NCBI GenBank assembly: GCA_946965045.2
Contig: OX337238.1
Location: forward strand, 868,001-932,000
Source of the DNA: Epithemia pelagica
Taxonomy: Eukaryota > Protista > Bacillariophyta
DNA: 64,000 nt
Reading direction: 5' to 3'
Of this stretch, positions 18,725 through 30,809 are shown one piece after another. The notes below the pieces were generated by a model. It had not been told where the DNA came from and made no database searches. It saw only the letters and a list, made by a program, of their open reading frames with translations. Made by a program: the position numbers and the translations under genes. How positions within the stretch are numbered: the stretch's first letter is position 1; every line of letters starts with the position of its first letter.

Positions 18725-21700
18725 TATGATCCCCGAGAAGTGAATGCAGTTGCAAGCGAGATTGCTGTGAAGACGACGAATTGTGAGCTGGACAGTCATG
18801 CTGATACATGCTGTCTTGGTAACACTTGTTTGGTCTTATATGAAACGGACAAGGCCGAAGTGAGTGGATTCTCTTCACAACTTGGCAAGATAAAGGAGAC
18901 CCCGGTAATCACGGGTATACTTGCGTACGATGATCAAGACTCTGGCGAAACGTACCTTCTGTACTTTCATCAGGCGTTGTATCTTCCAATGATGGATAAA
19001 TGTTTGCTTAATCCAAATCAAATGAGAGAAGCCGGTGTAATTGTGAATGATATACCTCTCAAGTATATCACACGGGAACAGAGAACAAGTGAATCACATG
19101 CTGTGATAGCCCCAGTCAACGGAGATGAAAGCAAACTCAAGATACCATTGGACTTGAAAGGGGTGATTAGTGGATTCACCGTGAGAAAGCCAACATGGGA
19201 AGAAGTGGCAAATATAGATCCAGCTTATAGGATCAAAATGACCAATGATAATCCTCAATGGGCGCCGAATGACTTGACTGAAAGTGATGTCGATGAGAGG
19301 AAGCTCAGACAGGACGTTCAACAAGATATCGTCAGAACGAAAGGATCAAGGTCAATCAATAACCGAATGGCTAAAATGGTTCGGATCAACTCAAGAATGG
19401 TTGCAGAAACAAGCCATAGGAGAAAGGGGACTGTCGACCCAATCGCGTTGTCATCTCGTTGGGGAATCGGCCTTTCTGTGGCAGAAAGGACTTTCCAATC
19501 GACGGCCCAATTAGGAGTGCGAGACTTCTCCCAAGGAGTTGGCAGTAAGAGGTTGAAACATACCGCCTACCAACTGAAGCATCGGCGATTAAGAGCGGAT
19601 GTTTATACTGACACCCTCTTTTCAGACACTAAATCGTTGGGCCAAAACACCTGTGGTCAAATTTATGCGAGTGATTTTGGTTGGGTACAGTTCTACCCTT
19701 TGGAAAGGAAGAAGGACGCCCATACGACGCTCGAGAAAGTGTTCAGTGACTTTGGGATTTTTAACAGTGTTGTCCCTGATAATGCCCCGGAACTAACCAG
19801 TGGCAAGTTCAAAAAGACAGCGCAGAAGTTTGGTTGTCGCATAAGGCCCATCGAGGCGTGGACTCGGAACCAAAATCTCGCTGAAGCTAATATACGTGAA
19901 TTGAAGCGTGCATATAGAAGAGAAATGAGAAGGACCAATGCTCCAGCAGTCCTATGGGATCATTGTCTCCAACTGGTTGCTGAGAGGCGCTCGAACACGG
20001 CTTTCTCTTCTGGTCCCTTCGATGACGGTCCACCGATAAAGACATTAACGGGAGATACTCCGGACATTTCTCACCTGGTTGAGTACACGTGGTACGAACC
20101 CGTTTGGTACTCCAACCCGGGTTTTGAGAATCGGAAACTCGGCCGGTGGTTAGGCCCGAGTAAGACGGTAGGACAAGCGATGAGTTCAAAGATTCTGACC
20201 TCAAAAGGTAAAGTGGTCCATCGTACATCCGTTTGGCCTCTGTCGGTTGAAAAATCGCACGACCCCTCATTCACTGCACAGAAAGAACAGTTTGACAGTG
20301 AATTGAAGGAAGCCTTGGGCGATCGTATTGAGGGCGTGGCTCCACAAGAGGATGAAGATCCAGATGAATTCGGTCACGACACACCCTTATATGAGGCTTA
20401 TGAAGACGAAAAGCAAGGGGACGTACGTGTCCCAGAAGCAGACTCCTACAAACTTGACGCTTTCGACAAGCTCATCTCGGCAAAAGTAATGCTCCCTTTA
20501 GGGGACTCGAAGAGAGCAGGCCAAGTAATTAGAAGAAAGCGGGATGCTGATGGGAACCCGATTGGTCAATCATCGACGAATCCTTACCTTGACACTTCAA
20601 TGTATGAAGTAGAGTTTCAAGATGGACATGTCGAGTCCTATGCGGCAAATTTAATCGCGGAAAACATTTACGAACAACTGGATGACGACGGTAATCGCTT
20701 TAAGTTGATCGATCAAATCATAGATCACCGCAAAGATGCCACGGCGGTCCCAATTTCCGAGGGAACTTTCTTTCACAATGGTCGTGAGCATAAGAAAAGG
20801 ACAACGAGAGGTTGGCAACTTTGCATCCAATGGAAGGACGGAACTACGTCATGGGAAATGTTGAAGGACTTGAAAGAGTCGTATCCCCTTGAAGTAGCGG
20901 AATACGCAACAGCCAACCTTCTTGACAAAGAACCTGCTTTTAACTGGTGGGTAGGATTCACGTTGAAAAGGCGCGCAAGATTGATTAAAGCTGTCTCCAC
21001 GACAAGGTATATGAAGAAGTGGCAGAAATACGGAATAGAACTGCCGAAGACAGTCGAAAGAGCCCTGGAGATAGACAAAGAAACAGGGACTGACTTCTGG
21101 GCGAAAGCTTTGAAACTTGAAATGTCAAAGATCTTCCCTGCTGTCAAAATATTGGAGGAAGGAGCCCCTCATCCGGCCGGACACCAGATCATACCTTGCC
21201 ATATCGTTTTTGACATTAAAATGGATTTCACAAGAAAGGCAAGATATGTTGCTGGTGGTCATCGTACCCAAGAACCAGAAACACCAACATACGCTAGTGT
21301 TGTCAGTCGGGAAAGTGTCCAAATCGGATTCCTCCTTGCGGCGCTAAATGGAATTGATGTCACAGCCGCTGATATAGCCGGGGCATATCTCAATGCCCCT
21401 TGTCATGAGAAAGTCTGCACCAAGTGTGGGCTCGAATTTGGGAAGGAAAACGAAGGTCGCTATGCAATTTTAACAAAAGCGCTATATGGTCTAAAGACAA
21501 GCGCGTTTGCATGGCGAGAGCACCTTTCTACGACGCTCCAAGAATCTTTGGGATTCCGACCTTGTCGGGCAGACCCTGACGTTTACCTCCGAGCCTCGAC
21601 GAAGGAAGATGGGACGAAATACTACGAACTTGTCTTCATCTATATTGATGATGTACTAGTGATTTCGCATCGAGGCAAAGATATCCTGAATATGATTGAT

Positions 21701-22720
21701 CAACACTACCTGTTGAAACCAAGCTCTATCGGAGAGCCTAAGATATATCTTGGTAACCAAGTCGAAACCTTTGACATCGACGGAGATGTGAGTAAGCGTT
21801 GTTGGGCCCTTAGTTCAAAACGGTACGCTACCGAAGCGATACGCAACGTCAAGATTTGGTTAGAAGAAAGAGGTCTCAGTTTAAAAACAAGAGCCCCTAG
21901 TGTCTTACCGACTGGATATCGTCCTGAACTGGACACAAGTGCATATTGTAATCAAGACTGGCATTTGTTTTACCAGCAGCAAATCGGTGTCCTAAGATGG
22001 TTGGTTGAACTGGGCAGGATCGATATTACTGCAGAAGTCTCCATGTTGGCGGCTTTCTTGGCAGGACCCAGAGAGGGTCACATCCATGCTATGCTGCATA
22101 TTTTTGCGTATTTGAATTTGCATGACCGCTCAAGGCTAGTGTTGGACCCCTCTTACATACAACATGGGGAAGAGATTACCTCTGACTGGTCGGGATTTTA
22201 CCCGGATGCGAGAGAAGACTTGCCAGCGGACGCGCCAGAGCCTCTTGGGAACCCAGTCCAGATGACCGTGTTTGTTGATTCGGATCATGCTGGAGATTTG
22301 GCAACTCGGAGATCAAGAACAGGAATACTGATATATCTGAATCGTGCTCCAGTGAGTAGGTACAGCAAGAAACAAACGAGTGTTGAGACATCAACGTTTG
22401 GTTCAGAGTATATGGCCCTCAAAGTCGGTATCGAAATGATCAAGGGTCTACGATACAAATTAAGGATGATGGGCGTACCTTTGGACGGTCATGCACATAT
22501 TTGGGTGGATAATATGTCTGTTGTTCATAACAGTACAATTCCCGAATCAAGTTAGAAGAAGAAGTCAAATTCAATCGCATACCATTTCGTTCGTGAGAAT
22601 GTTGCTTCAGGAATGTGTCGAATTGCCTATGAACCGTCTAAGACTAACCTTGCTGATCTTCTTACTAAGATTCAAACAGGAACAGAGAGAACACGGTTGG
22701 CTTTGATTATCTTATTTTGA
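18725..22720 (+). pseudogene. pol: Outer copia pol (PR-IN-RT-RNaseH) with premature TAG at 22553-22555
   Basis: ELDSHADT protease; YTDTLF/VPDNAPE/AEANI integrase; DIAGAYL/YIDDV RT; FVDSDHAG RNase H. After the TAG the frame continues KKKSNSIAYHFVRE..NLADLLTK to TGA 22718-22720. Confidence 0.92.
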
Positions 22721-22855
22721 GTGTGTTTCCCGCCAACAGATGTTGGGACTGGGTACGTCCTGCACCCTACTTGATATTTGGGACTCTAAGCAGGTCTAGA
22801 TGGAACGATTGATGAAGAAAAGGCACAGTTACCCCACTAATGAGCGGTAGAACTG

Positions 22856-23632
22856 TGAGGGGACCAAAATATGGCTATGGTATTGGGCGAAATTTAGCGA
22901 TAGTGTAGGCCTCTAAGCTTGAGGCATGAGATAGTCACAATTTTACTTTCGAGTCACTATCATGCGCGTATTTTGATACCAAGTCCGTTAAGCGTTGAGT
23001 GCATAGCTCTCTACACTCTAATCTATTGTTATTGTACTGTCGGTAGCAGCATAGTCTATCTTCTCTATCCTCCTATCAATTTCCGGAGGGAGTAGCTAGC
23101 TAGAGTGCATATAGAGGGCGCGGGTTGCTGCTTGCTACAATACTCCTCACTTGATCGAGAGGACGGAGGATAGTTCAACAAGCTAGGAGTACATTCTTGT
23201 GACAGTTGACAGTTTCACATGATAATGGATAATGGGTTATGAGAAATCAGCTTTTAATGAGAAATCTACAACTAACTTGCAATCTTTGAGATCGACAAGT
23301 GGTGTAGAATTAGAAGTAGAACGATCTGTTTTATAGCTGATTGCTCAAAGCCACGGTGGACCTGCGGATCTTTCGATGGGATGGCTTCTCCTTCGACGGG
23401 CTGTAGGGTGGTACATTCTTGTGACAGTTGACAGTTTCATATGATAATGGATAATGGGTTATGAGAAATCAGCTTTTAATGAGAAATCTACAACTAACTT
23501 GCAATCTTTGAGATCGACAAGTGGTGTAGAATTAGAAGTAGAACGATCTGTTTTATAGCTGATTGCTCAAAGCCACGGTGGACCTGCGGATCTTTCGATG
23601 AGATGGCTTCTCCTTCGACGGGCTGTAGGGTG
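22856..23632 (+). mobile_element. Probable PPT (GAGGGGAC ~22857-22864) and 3' LTR region of the outer copia; boundaries unresolved
   Basis: Purine run downstream of pol followed by non-coding DNA. The 5' LTR lies outside the window, so the ends cannot be confirmed. Confidence 0.35.
23189..23632. repeat. 222-bp tandem duplication
   Basis: 23189-23410 and 23411-23632, two substitutions seen. Confidence 0.92.
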
Positions 23633-25878
23633 ATTATCTTATGGAGCACCATGGCCGGAATTTGAAAAGTAGTGACAATCACTTTTCTTGTGCTGCAGTT
23701 TCCAATGCGAAAGACAATCCACTATGTGTATCGCTATATTCCATTCATGGACCAATCAGATGATACTTACCACTTACTCCTACCAGCAGTGGTTCCGAGA
23801 CACGTTGGTGGGGATTGCTCTACCTAGATATGAAATGGAAAACCACTCTCATTCTTGGTCCGCTATTGGGAATTGGGATTGGCTTTGTTGCTCTGTCGTC
23901 CGAAGTCTAAAAAGTGAGCAGCCTTGAGCTGTCTGTAAACTGACTGTTGATTGGGCAATATAATATATGAAGAATCAATAGTATGAGAAACTATTGCCCT
24001 ACTTAGGAGCAGACTCAGCCCTCAGATGCAATCTGACTTTGTGTAAGTTTTTGTGTCCCGTATACGAGCTCCACCGCACGAAAGTTCTTCGCGCAGTAGC
24101 CCGTGCTTCACCAACTGATGAGACTTCCGCCCAACGAGATTCACTACACCATACATTTTCCAAGAGTAAAATGAATTGCCCCTCATCCACGGTCGTAAGG
24201 TTACCTCGTACCGATGACACCTCTCACCATGATACGAGTATGCGATTACCCTTCCTGTACGAGAAGTAAAACAAAAATCATACTAGTGCAAAATGTACAA
24301 AGCGCTTCCTAATGATAAGCCTATTTTATGTTACCACCACCACTGCTGCTTGTGGTCGTTGTTATAGGAGATTGTTGCATTCAGCCGAGACGAGGAGTTC
24401 ATTGTTGAGTTTGGCCCCGTTGTCGTGGCACCGGATTGTCTCTTTCAGCCAAACCAAGGAGTTGATTGTTGCGCTTGTTGTAGAACCGTAGAACTGAGAG
24501 AGACAGAGATGGAGAGCAGCTGGTGATTGGTGTGTTTGTTGTCATTGTCATTATCGTGGCCCCGAAGTGTTTCACTCGGCCAAACCAACCAGTTGATTGT
24601 TATGATGGGGACATGCACTGCCACGCGAGGCCAAAACCAATTGGTTACATGTACTTGGTTGTGTCTGTGGTCATGGTTGTGGGTGTCGTATCATCATCAC
24701 CATCCGATGGCTCGGTCGTTGTGGTTGTTGGTTTTGTCGTCGTGATTCTCCATCCTGTTCTGGTTGTGGCGACATCGGCCGAGGAGGCTGCCAAAAAGTG
24801 AAGGGAAGTCTCCCTCCATTGTTGCACCATAACACTACCTTTCAGTTGTTTATTGTTGTGTTCTTAGGTCCAGTACAACCTCGCTGTTGTTGTTGTTGTT
24901 GTTTCCATCTGTGGTCCTGTCTTGGTCGTTGTCGCCGCTCATCAACTTGTCGTACCAAACAGTTTGCCGCTCGCAAGGCTCTTCGACCAAGGCCACCACA
25001 GCTCCACGGCGTCCACTCCTTCTTCTTCCTCTCGAACTCTGTTGTCGGAAGCAGCCGCACCACGGGCATCACCATCCTTGATGGCAGTAGAAGCCCCTTC
25101 GACCCACGGTTGACACTTGTTTTGATAGGACTAGTTAGGCTTTTGTTGCGTTAGAACCACCAACGGACGAGGCGCGCATTTGTTGTGTTCGGACCAATCG
25201 ATGACGACGAGTTGATTGATGCGAGAAGAGTGATGCTGGATTCATTATATCGATTGTCATCGTCTTCTTTCCACGGTTACTTCCTTCGCTCCGGTTGCCA
25301 AAAATGGAAGGTCTTTCAAATCTTCCTGTAGCTCCACAGATTTTCACAGTTCATCCCTTCCCCTCCATTCCCTCACGGTACACATGAAGATCAAGCTTCC
25401 TGGATGGTCGGCGGAGTGCTAGCACCTTTCGTTGGAGGTGCACACCGGCTTGAGTGTGCCATGGTGGTGTTATGCAGTGCAAAATGACCGTAATGCTCTT
25501 CCTACCAAGTTAGAATCACTATAGAAAAAACAGTGGAGGCCCTGAAAGCACGGGCTACTGCGCGAAGAACTTTCGTGCGGTGGAGCTCGTATTAATATGT
25601 AGGTGGAGAGTGAGAGGCAACTCTGTCGGTCGCGTACAATATCCATGCCACAGACGGTTCTAGTTTCCATTACTGCAGTACACAGTACAAGCATAGATCA
25701 AAGGCAGATACCTCCTTTAGAAACGATGGTGACTGCATTTTGCCGTTTGAAAAGAAAGAATGATGCATGTGCTTAAGATGGACTCGATGCGTATTCGTAG
25801 TTTCCTTTTCCTAAAGAGCTACCCACGATCGGTCGCAGGATTCTCGAAACTCCAATTCACTTAGGGCTAACAGAAATC

Positions 25879-27300
25879 CTACAAGTCGAAAAAATCCAAC
25901 AGGGTTGGAGCACAGAGGGAAATGGGTTCCACAAAGACAGAGGCAGGAAATCCAAATGGCAGAGATTGACATAACAACTGGTCGGCTGTCGTATTGTTCT
26001 CAACCGCAGGGTCCTCGTCGCTTTCAAAGGATGGGTCCCAGGAGACAAACACATCCATGGTCAAGTCGACGGAATTTTCTTCCACAAGAGGTTTCCACGA
26101 AGCAATGCGTAAGGGGAAGAGGGCATTGTTGTCTACTACACCAAATATGTGCGACAGTCTTGATGGTGATTTGGGAAACCACCAGTCCAATACATTGGAG
26201 GAGGACGACGACGCGGCAGGAGTTTCCAAGAGGTCCAAAGTTTCCGGATCCACAGACAACGGAAGATTGACCAAAATGGGCAGTTGGACCAATGTATTAG
26301 TCAAGGATGAAGATGTGAGGGATATGAGGAAATGGATGACGGGTGGATGGGGAGTCGTCAGAGGCCATTTCCAATCCATCCAAGAACGAGGTGCCAGTCC
26401 TGACAAAGAGTGCACAACACCGGGCAACACAGTGTCCAAACGAAACAACGGCGACTTGTCGCCACTGTCTTCTTTCAAAGTTGTAGTTTGCATTCGAGCT
26501 CGACAATCGTCGTCATTATCATTCTTCGATCGGAGAGACGAATACAGGCCAGAAGGACGAGCTTGCCAGGCTTCGACCGTGGTCACGACCGAAGCAAGAC
26601 CCTCTTTCTCCAAAAATGGTTGCAGGGGTTGACAGCAACAATCCTTGCTTGGATCCGTATTACAAACCCATAAATTCAAAGAGATTTTCAACGTGGGGGA
26701 TTGCCGAGAAGGAGCAGGTTTGGTAGTGGATGGGAACCAGGAAAAAAGAAATGACGACAACGACGATGATGATGATGACGAAGAAGGACTGTTTTGGTAA
26801 TGCTGGGGATCGCAAATTGTTGCCTCAGTTTCAGAGGATGACAAGGGAACATTGGGTTTGTACGCATGAGCTGTTCCACCATGCTGATAAATATTGGGCT
26901 TTGTGTTTGTTGTTGTGGATGGTTTGGGTTGGGAGGACGACCACCAACTTGATTTCTTGTCGGTTTCTCCGTGCCCATAGGGACATCGACGGGTATCGAT
27001 CCCACACACTGGCTTTCCTTGGTACACGAGTTCATCCGAGGTGGTGCAAGAGCCTGTCTCATCGTCCTGGTTGTCGTTGACACAGTTGCTGTTGCCGCTG
27101 TTGGATCCAGTCGTTGTTGTGGGTGTTGTCGATTCTACCGTGGGAAGCGGTCCTCCAAAAAGAAAAAATGAAAACAAGAGGACAACAGACCACGACCACA
27201 TCCGATATGGACAATGAGGTAGTTGGTTCTGTAGCTGTTGCTTCTGACCCGGTGCAATCTTCATCATGGTGGAACTACCTACTACCGAATCTTGGAGCAA
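25879..27300 (-). CDS. Hypothetical secreted/membrane protein (473-aa ORF)
   Basis: Hydrophobic signal-like segment (WSWSVVLLFSFFLFGG) after an internal Met, S/T-rich linkers. No family confidently recognised. Confidence 0.5.
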   Translation of the reverse strand: MLQDSVVGSSTMMKIAPGQKQQLQNQLPHCPYRMWSWSVVLLFSFFLFGGPLPTVESTTPTTTTGSNSGNSNCVNDNQDDETGSCTTSDELVYQGKPVCGIDTRRCPYGHGETDKKSSWWSSSQPKPSTTTNTKPNIYQHGGTAHAYKPNVPLSSSETEATICDPQHYQNSPSSSSSSSSLSSFLFSWFPSTTKPAPSRQSPTLKISLNLWVCNTDPSKDCCCQPLQPFLEKEGLASVVTTVEAWQARPSGLYSSLRSKNDNDDDCRARMQTTTLKEDSGDKSPLFRLDTVLPGVVHSLSGLAPRSWMDWKWPLTTPHPPVIHFLISLTSSSLTNTLVQLPILVNLPLSVDPETLDLLETPAASSSSSNVLDWWFPKSPSRLSHIFGVVDNNALFPLRIASWKPLVEENSVDLTMDVFVSWDPSFESDEDPAVENNTTADQLLCQSLPFGFPASVFVEPISLCAPTLLDFFDL

Positions 27301-27858
27301 GAATGTTGTGCACCGTCAAGTCAGTCTGTCAGTCTGACGGAGCTACCCAAGCTATCCAAAGTCGACCTTCTCTGATTGTTCTCCGACTCCTCTAGGAGTG
27401 CTCCTAGGAGTACGAGTTACAAGTAACCTAGAAGGATCACGAGAGATTCGATCTCCATGTGCAGGGTTCAGGGTTGTTTTCCCCCTACTAGGAGTACTAG
27501 GAAAGGAATCAATATCTACTTCTCGCCCACTGAGAGATCCCAACTGGACGAAAGAATAGGAACCGTCAGAGAAATCATGCGTGTAGAAAGGACCACACTG
27601 TCTCTATTCTGTCACGGTTGTGATGTCGACAAAAGTTCTTGTCTGATATGGCTTGTATTTGCTTCAGCACCAATCCAAGCGCCAAGAGATGCCACCAATC
27701 CTGTCCATCAAGTACCCAAGACTTTAATGCCTCCAAGAACAAAACCTCATACCTTGTTCCTTCTATTGCCCTATTCATCTGGCAGTCATGCTTACAAGAT
27801 GAGCGTCTTGTGTCGCTGTTCTTCGGATGCAATGCTTCCCTCCTCCTACACTTGCGGA

Positions 27859-28210
27859 GTAGTCGTTGACGTTGACTTTGTAGGTTTGGAGTGCCAAGAA
27901 GTACATAACCTCATACAGCAAGCTTTTCTCCTTTTCATGTGCATTGTCGAGTGTTCAATGCTTCCCTCCTCCGACACTGACGGACCCGTACCGGAACGAG
28001 CTTGGGCTGGCTGTAGTCGTTGACGTTGACTTTGTAGGTTTGGAGTGCCAAGAAGTACATAACCTCATACAGCAAGCTTTTCTCCTTTTCATGTGCATTG
28101 TCGAGTGTTCAATGCTTCCCTCCTCCGACACTGACGGACCCGTACCGGAACGAGCTTGGGCTGGCTGTAGTCGTTGACGTTGACTTTGTAGGTTTGGAGT
28201 GCCAAGAAGT
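27859..28210. repeat. 154-bp tandem repeat (~2.3 exact units, then a degenerate unit with micro-duplications)
   Basis: GTAGTCGTTGACGTTGACTTTGTAGG starts at 27859, 28013 and 28167. Confidence 0.9.
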
Positions 28211-28572
28211 GAAGAAGTACATAACCTCATTCATACCTCATACCTCATACAGCAAGCTTTCCTCCTTTTCCCTTTTCATCTGGCATAGAGGATTGGGGTT
28301 TCTTACAGAGTCTATTCTATACTCCTAGTAAGGAGTGGGAGTAGTAGGAGTAGATGATTCTATTCAACCGTAGCTAGAGAGGTAGCTCTTGGGCTTGGAA
28401 TCCGTCAGAAAGAAGTCACGACCGATGAGATGTGAAACATTGCTCGTTATCATCCCACGTCTGATGTCTTACAAGAGACCCAATCGTAAAAGGCGCTTGA
28501 CATCTCTCTCATAAAACACACGAGTCTCCAAAAACGAGACAGAACACAATCAACAGCAACAATAAGAACACC

Positions 28573-30482
28573 ATGACCATCAGTCCACCGGACCGAAGAA
28601 TGGAACCACTAGTCCTTGCCAATTCGGCGCCCGAGCAGCCCGTAGAACAACAACAAGCAGAAGAAGCACAAACCAACAAGCAAGAAGCAGCATGCCGCAA
28701 TAGCAGAACAATTATAATGGAGAGAAGACAAAGTACTTTCGAAAGTGTGACAGATGATGTGATCAATGACTTGAGCCTGGAATCTGAATTTTATGCTCGA
28801 AATCGATTACGACCCATTCCCTCCTTTGCCAAAGCAGGTGCGTACTTTATCAGACTGTTTCCTTACAGTGTCGGAGATCACTAGCAAAGCTCAACAACAC
28901 ATATTGATTTTTCTTTTTACTAGACATTCAAGTAGGCATTCTCCTTGGCGAAGGACAATTTGGCTCCGTTTACGAGGTAGTATCGTTTGGGTCCGCTTCT
29001 GAAATGGGAGACTCCTCTACCTTGGAAGTGGTGGACAGTGATGATTCGTTGGAAGAACATCAAGACAATAGTCATCGTTCTTCTTCTTCCACGCTTCACA
29101 CAGGGAGTCCTTCTCGACCACGTTCCATTTCCTTGACGGGCGACTCGGAATCCTTTTATTTTGATGACGAAGTCGATGAAACCGAGCAACGTCACTTGGT
29201 TCGGACGGCCAAGGCTAAAATGATTCGTCATCCCCTTCACTCGAACGGTCAAGCACGCTTTGCCGTCAAACTCTTGCGTCCCGATGTTCGTGCCACGATT
29301 CGTTCCGATGCCATTCTGGACATGGCCTGTGAGGCGGAATTTCTGTCACGCATTTCTCATCCCAATATTGTCCGGTTACGAGGGACGGTAGGAAATTTGG
29401 GATATTCGTCTTTCATGCTCGTGTTGGAGCGATTGGAACAAACCTTGTCGGACAAGCTGGAAGAATGGAAAGTCCTGGTCAAACGACAAAAACGACCCTT
29501 TTCCAAATTTCGAAGTGGCAAAGGCATGTTCCTTCGCAAACGGAAAGCTGTACAACAACCACCGCCGTTTCACCATCAACGGCACGAGAGTTTGCAACAA
29601 ACCTTGTATCGCGAACGATTGCGTGCAGCGGTCCATGTCGCCCGTGCATTAGGACATTTGCATCGTCGAGGTCTCTTGTTTCGAGATGTCAAACCCGACA
29701 ATGTTGGACTGGATCACGAAGGACAATGGCGCCTCTTTGATTTCGGCTTAAGTAAAGAGCTCAAGGAAAAGGATTTAGTACAACCACCGGATGGCTACAA
29801 TACGACGGGTACAGTCGGGTCAAGACGATACATGTAAGTCTTACTGTTGCGAAAACGTGTATGGCATTTCTGGAGTAAACGCAAACGACTCATGGTTGTC
29901 CATTCTTTTTTCTCTTTTGTGTTTTCTTCTTGCTGCACCATTCTGTTTTGGAAATTCAATTTAAATAGGGCTCCCGAAGTGGTACGCAATCTACCCTATG
30001 GTTTTTCAGCCGATGTGTTTTCCTTTGGCATTTTGTTTTGGGAACTCTTTGCCTTGGAATTGCCCTTTTGTCATTTGGATGCCTCGAAACATTATGAACA
30101 AGTGGTGGTACAACATCGTCGTCCTTCCGCGATTCGACACGTTTTGCCACCCATCTTGCATGACTTGATGGAAGCGTGTTGGTCCGACCACCCATTGGAA
30201 CGACCTCGCTTGACGGAAATTTGTCAAGCACTGGATCAACAGGTATTGGAATTGAACGAAGTCTGTGACAAGGAACAATCGCAACAAACCGCCTCTGGCA
30301 AGGATTCTGGACAAGGCGCAACCAGTGTTCGTTCCACTAATACGTGGCCCTTGACCAACTTGCGAAGTTCTTTTCGTCGAACGGCCAGTACCAACGGCGG
30401 CGGATCACCGAAAGAACAACAAGCACCACGACGACCTTCGAATTGTTGGAGACGTACTGGGGGTCGGACTTTAACCGAGTAA
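28573..30482 (+). CDS. Protein kinase, TKL-like (exons 28573-28837, 28924-29833, 29969-30482)
   Basis: GEGQFGSVY, FAVK, RDVKPDN, DFG, RYM|APE across the intron, SADVFSFG. Both GT-AG introns keep the frame. Confidence 0.9.
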
Positions 30483-30809
30483 ATTGGAGATTGTCGTGGG
30501 GTGAAACTGTTTGAAGGGAATATTTCGCGTTGTCTCGTGCTGGTGGGTCGTTCTCTTTTTTCCCAAATGTTTGTGCCATGTTCAATGGTGTTACCAACAT
30601 GGCTTCTCATATAGAATATTTAACGATAGACACTATAAGTAAACTATTCAAGTGAAACTGGATCGACTTTGGATTTGCTGTTATGATTGGTTTGGTTTGG
30701 TCCACCCAACAGAGATCTACTTTGTTTGTACATGTAGAGAAGACGAGACCAAAGACTATTTGTTAACACTCTGTCATGAAAGTTGCGTTCGTTACATCAG
30801 GAAATGAAA

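Noticed and set aside
23270-23320. ...GATCGACA AGTGGTGTAGAA as an LTR end plus PBS
   Set aside because: Cannot be matched to a tRNA 3' end or to a second LTR within the window.
24300-25350. Short overlapping ORFs with CAA/GTT microsatellites
   Set aside because: No continuous frame or recognisable motif. At most a decayed gene.
25879-25990. LPFGFPASVFVEP resembling PIG-X/PBN1
   Set aside because: A single short motif with nothing else supporting the family.
27859-28210. Tandem repeats as a CRISPR-like array
   Set aside because: Units are identical along their full 154 bp with no unique spacers, and the context is eukaryotic.
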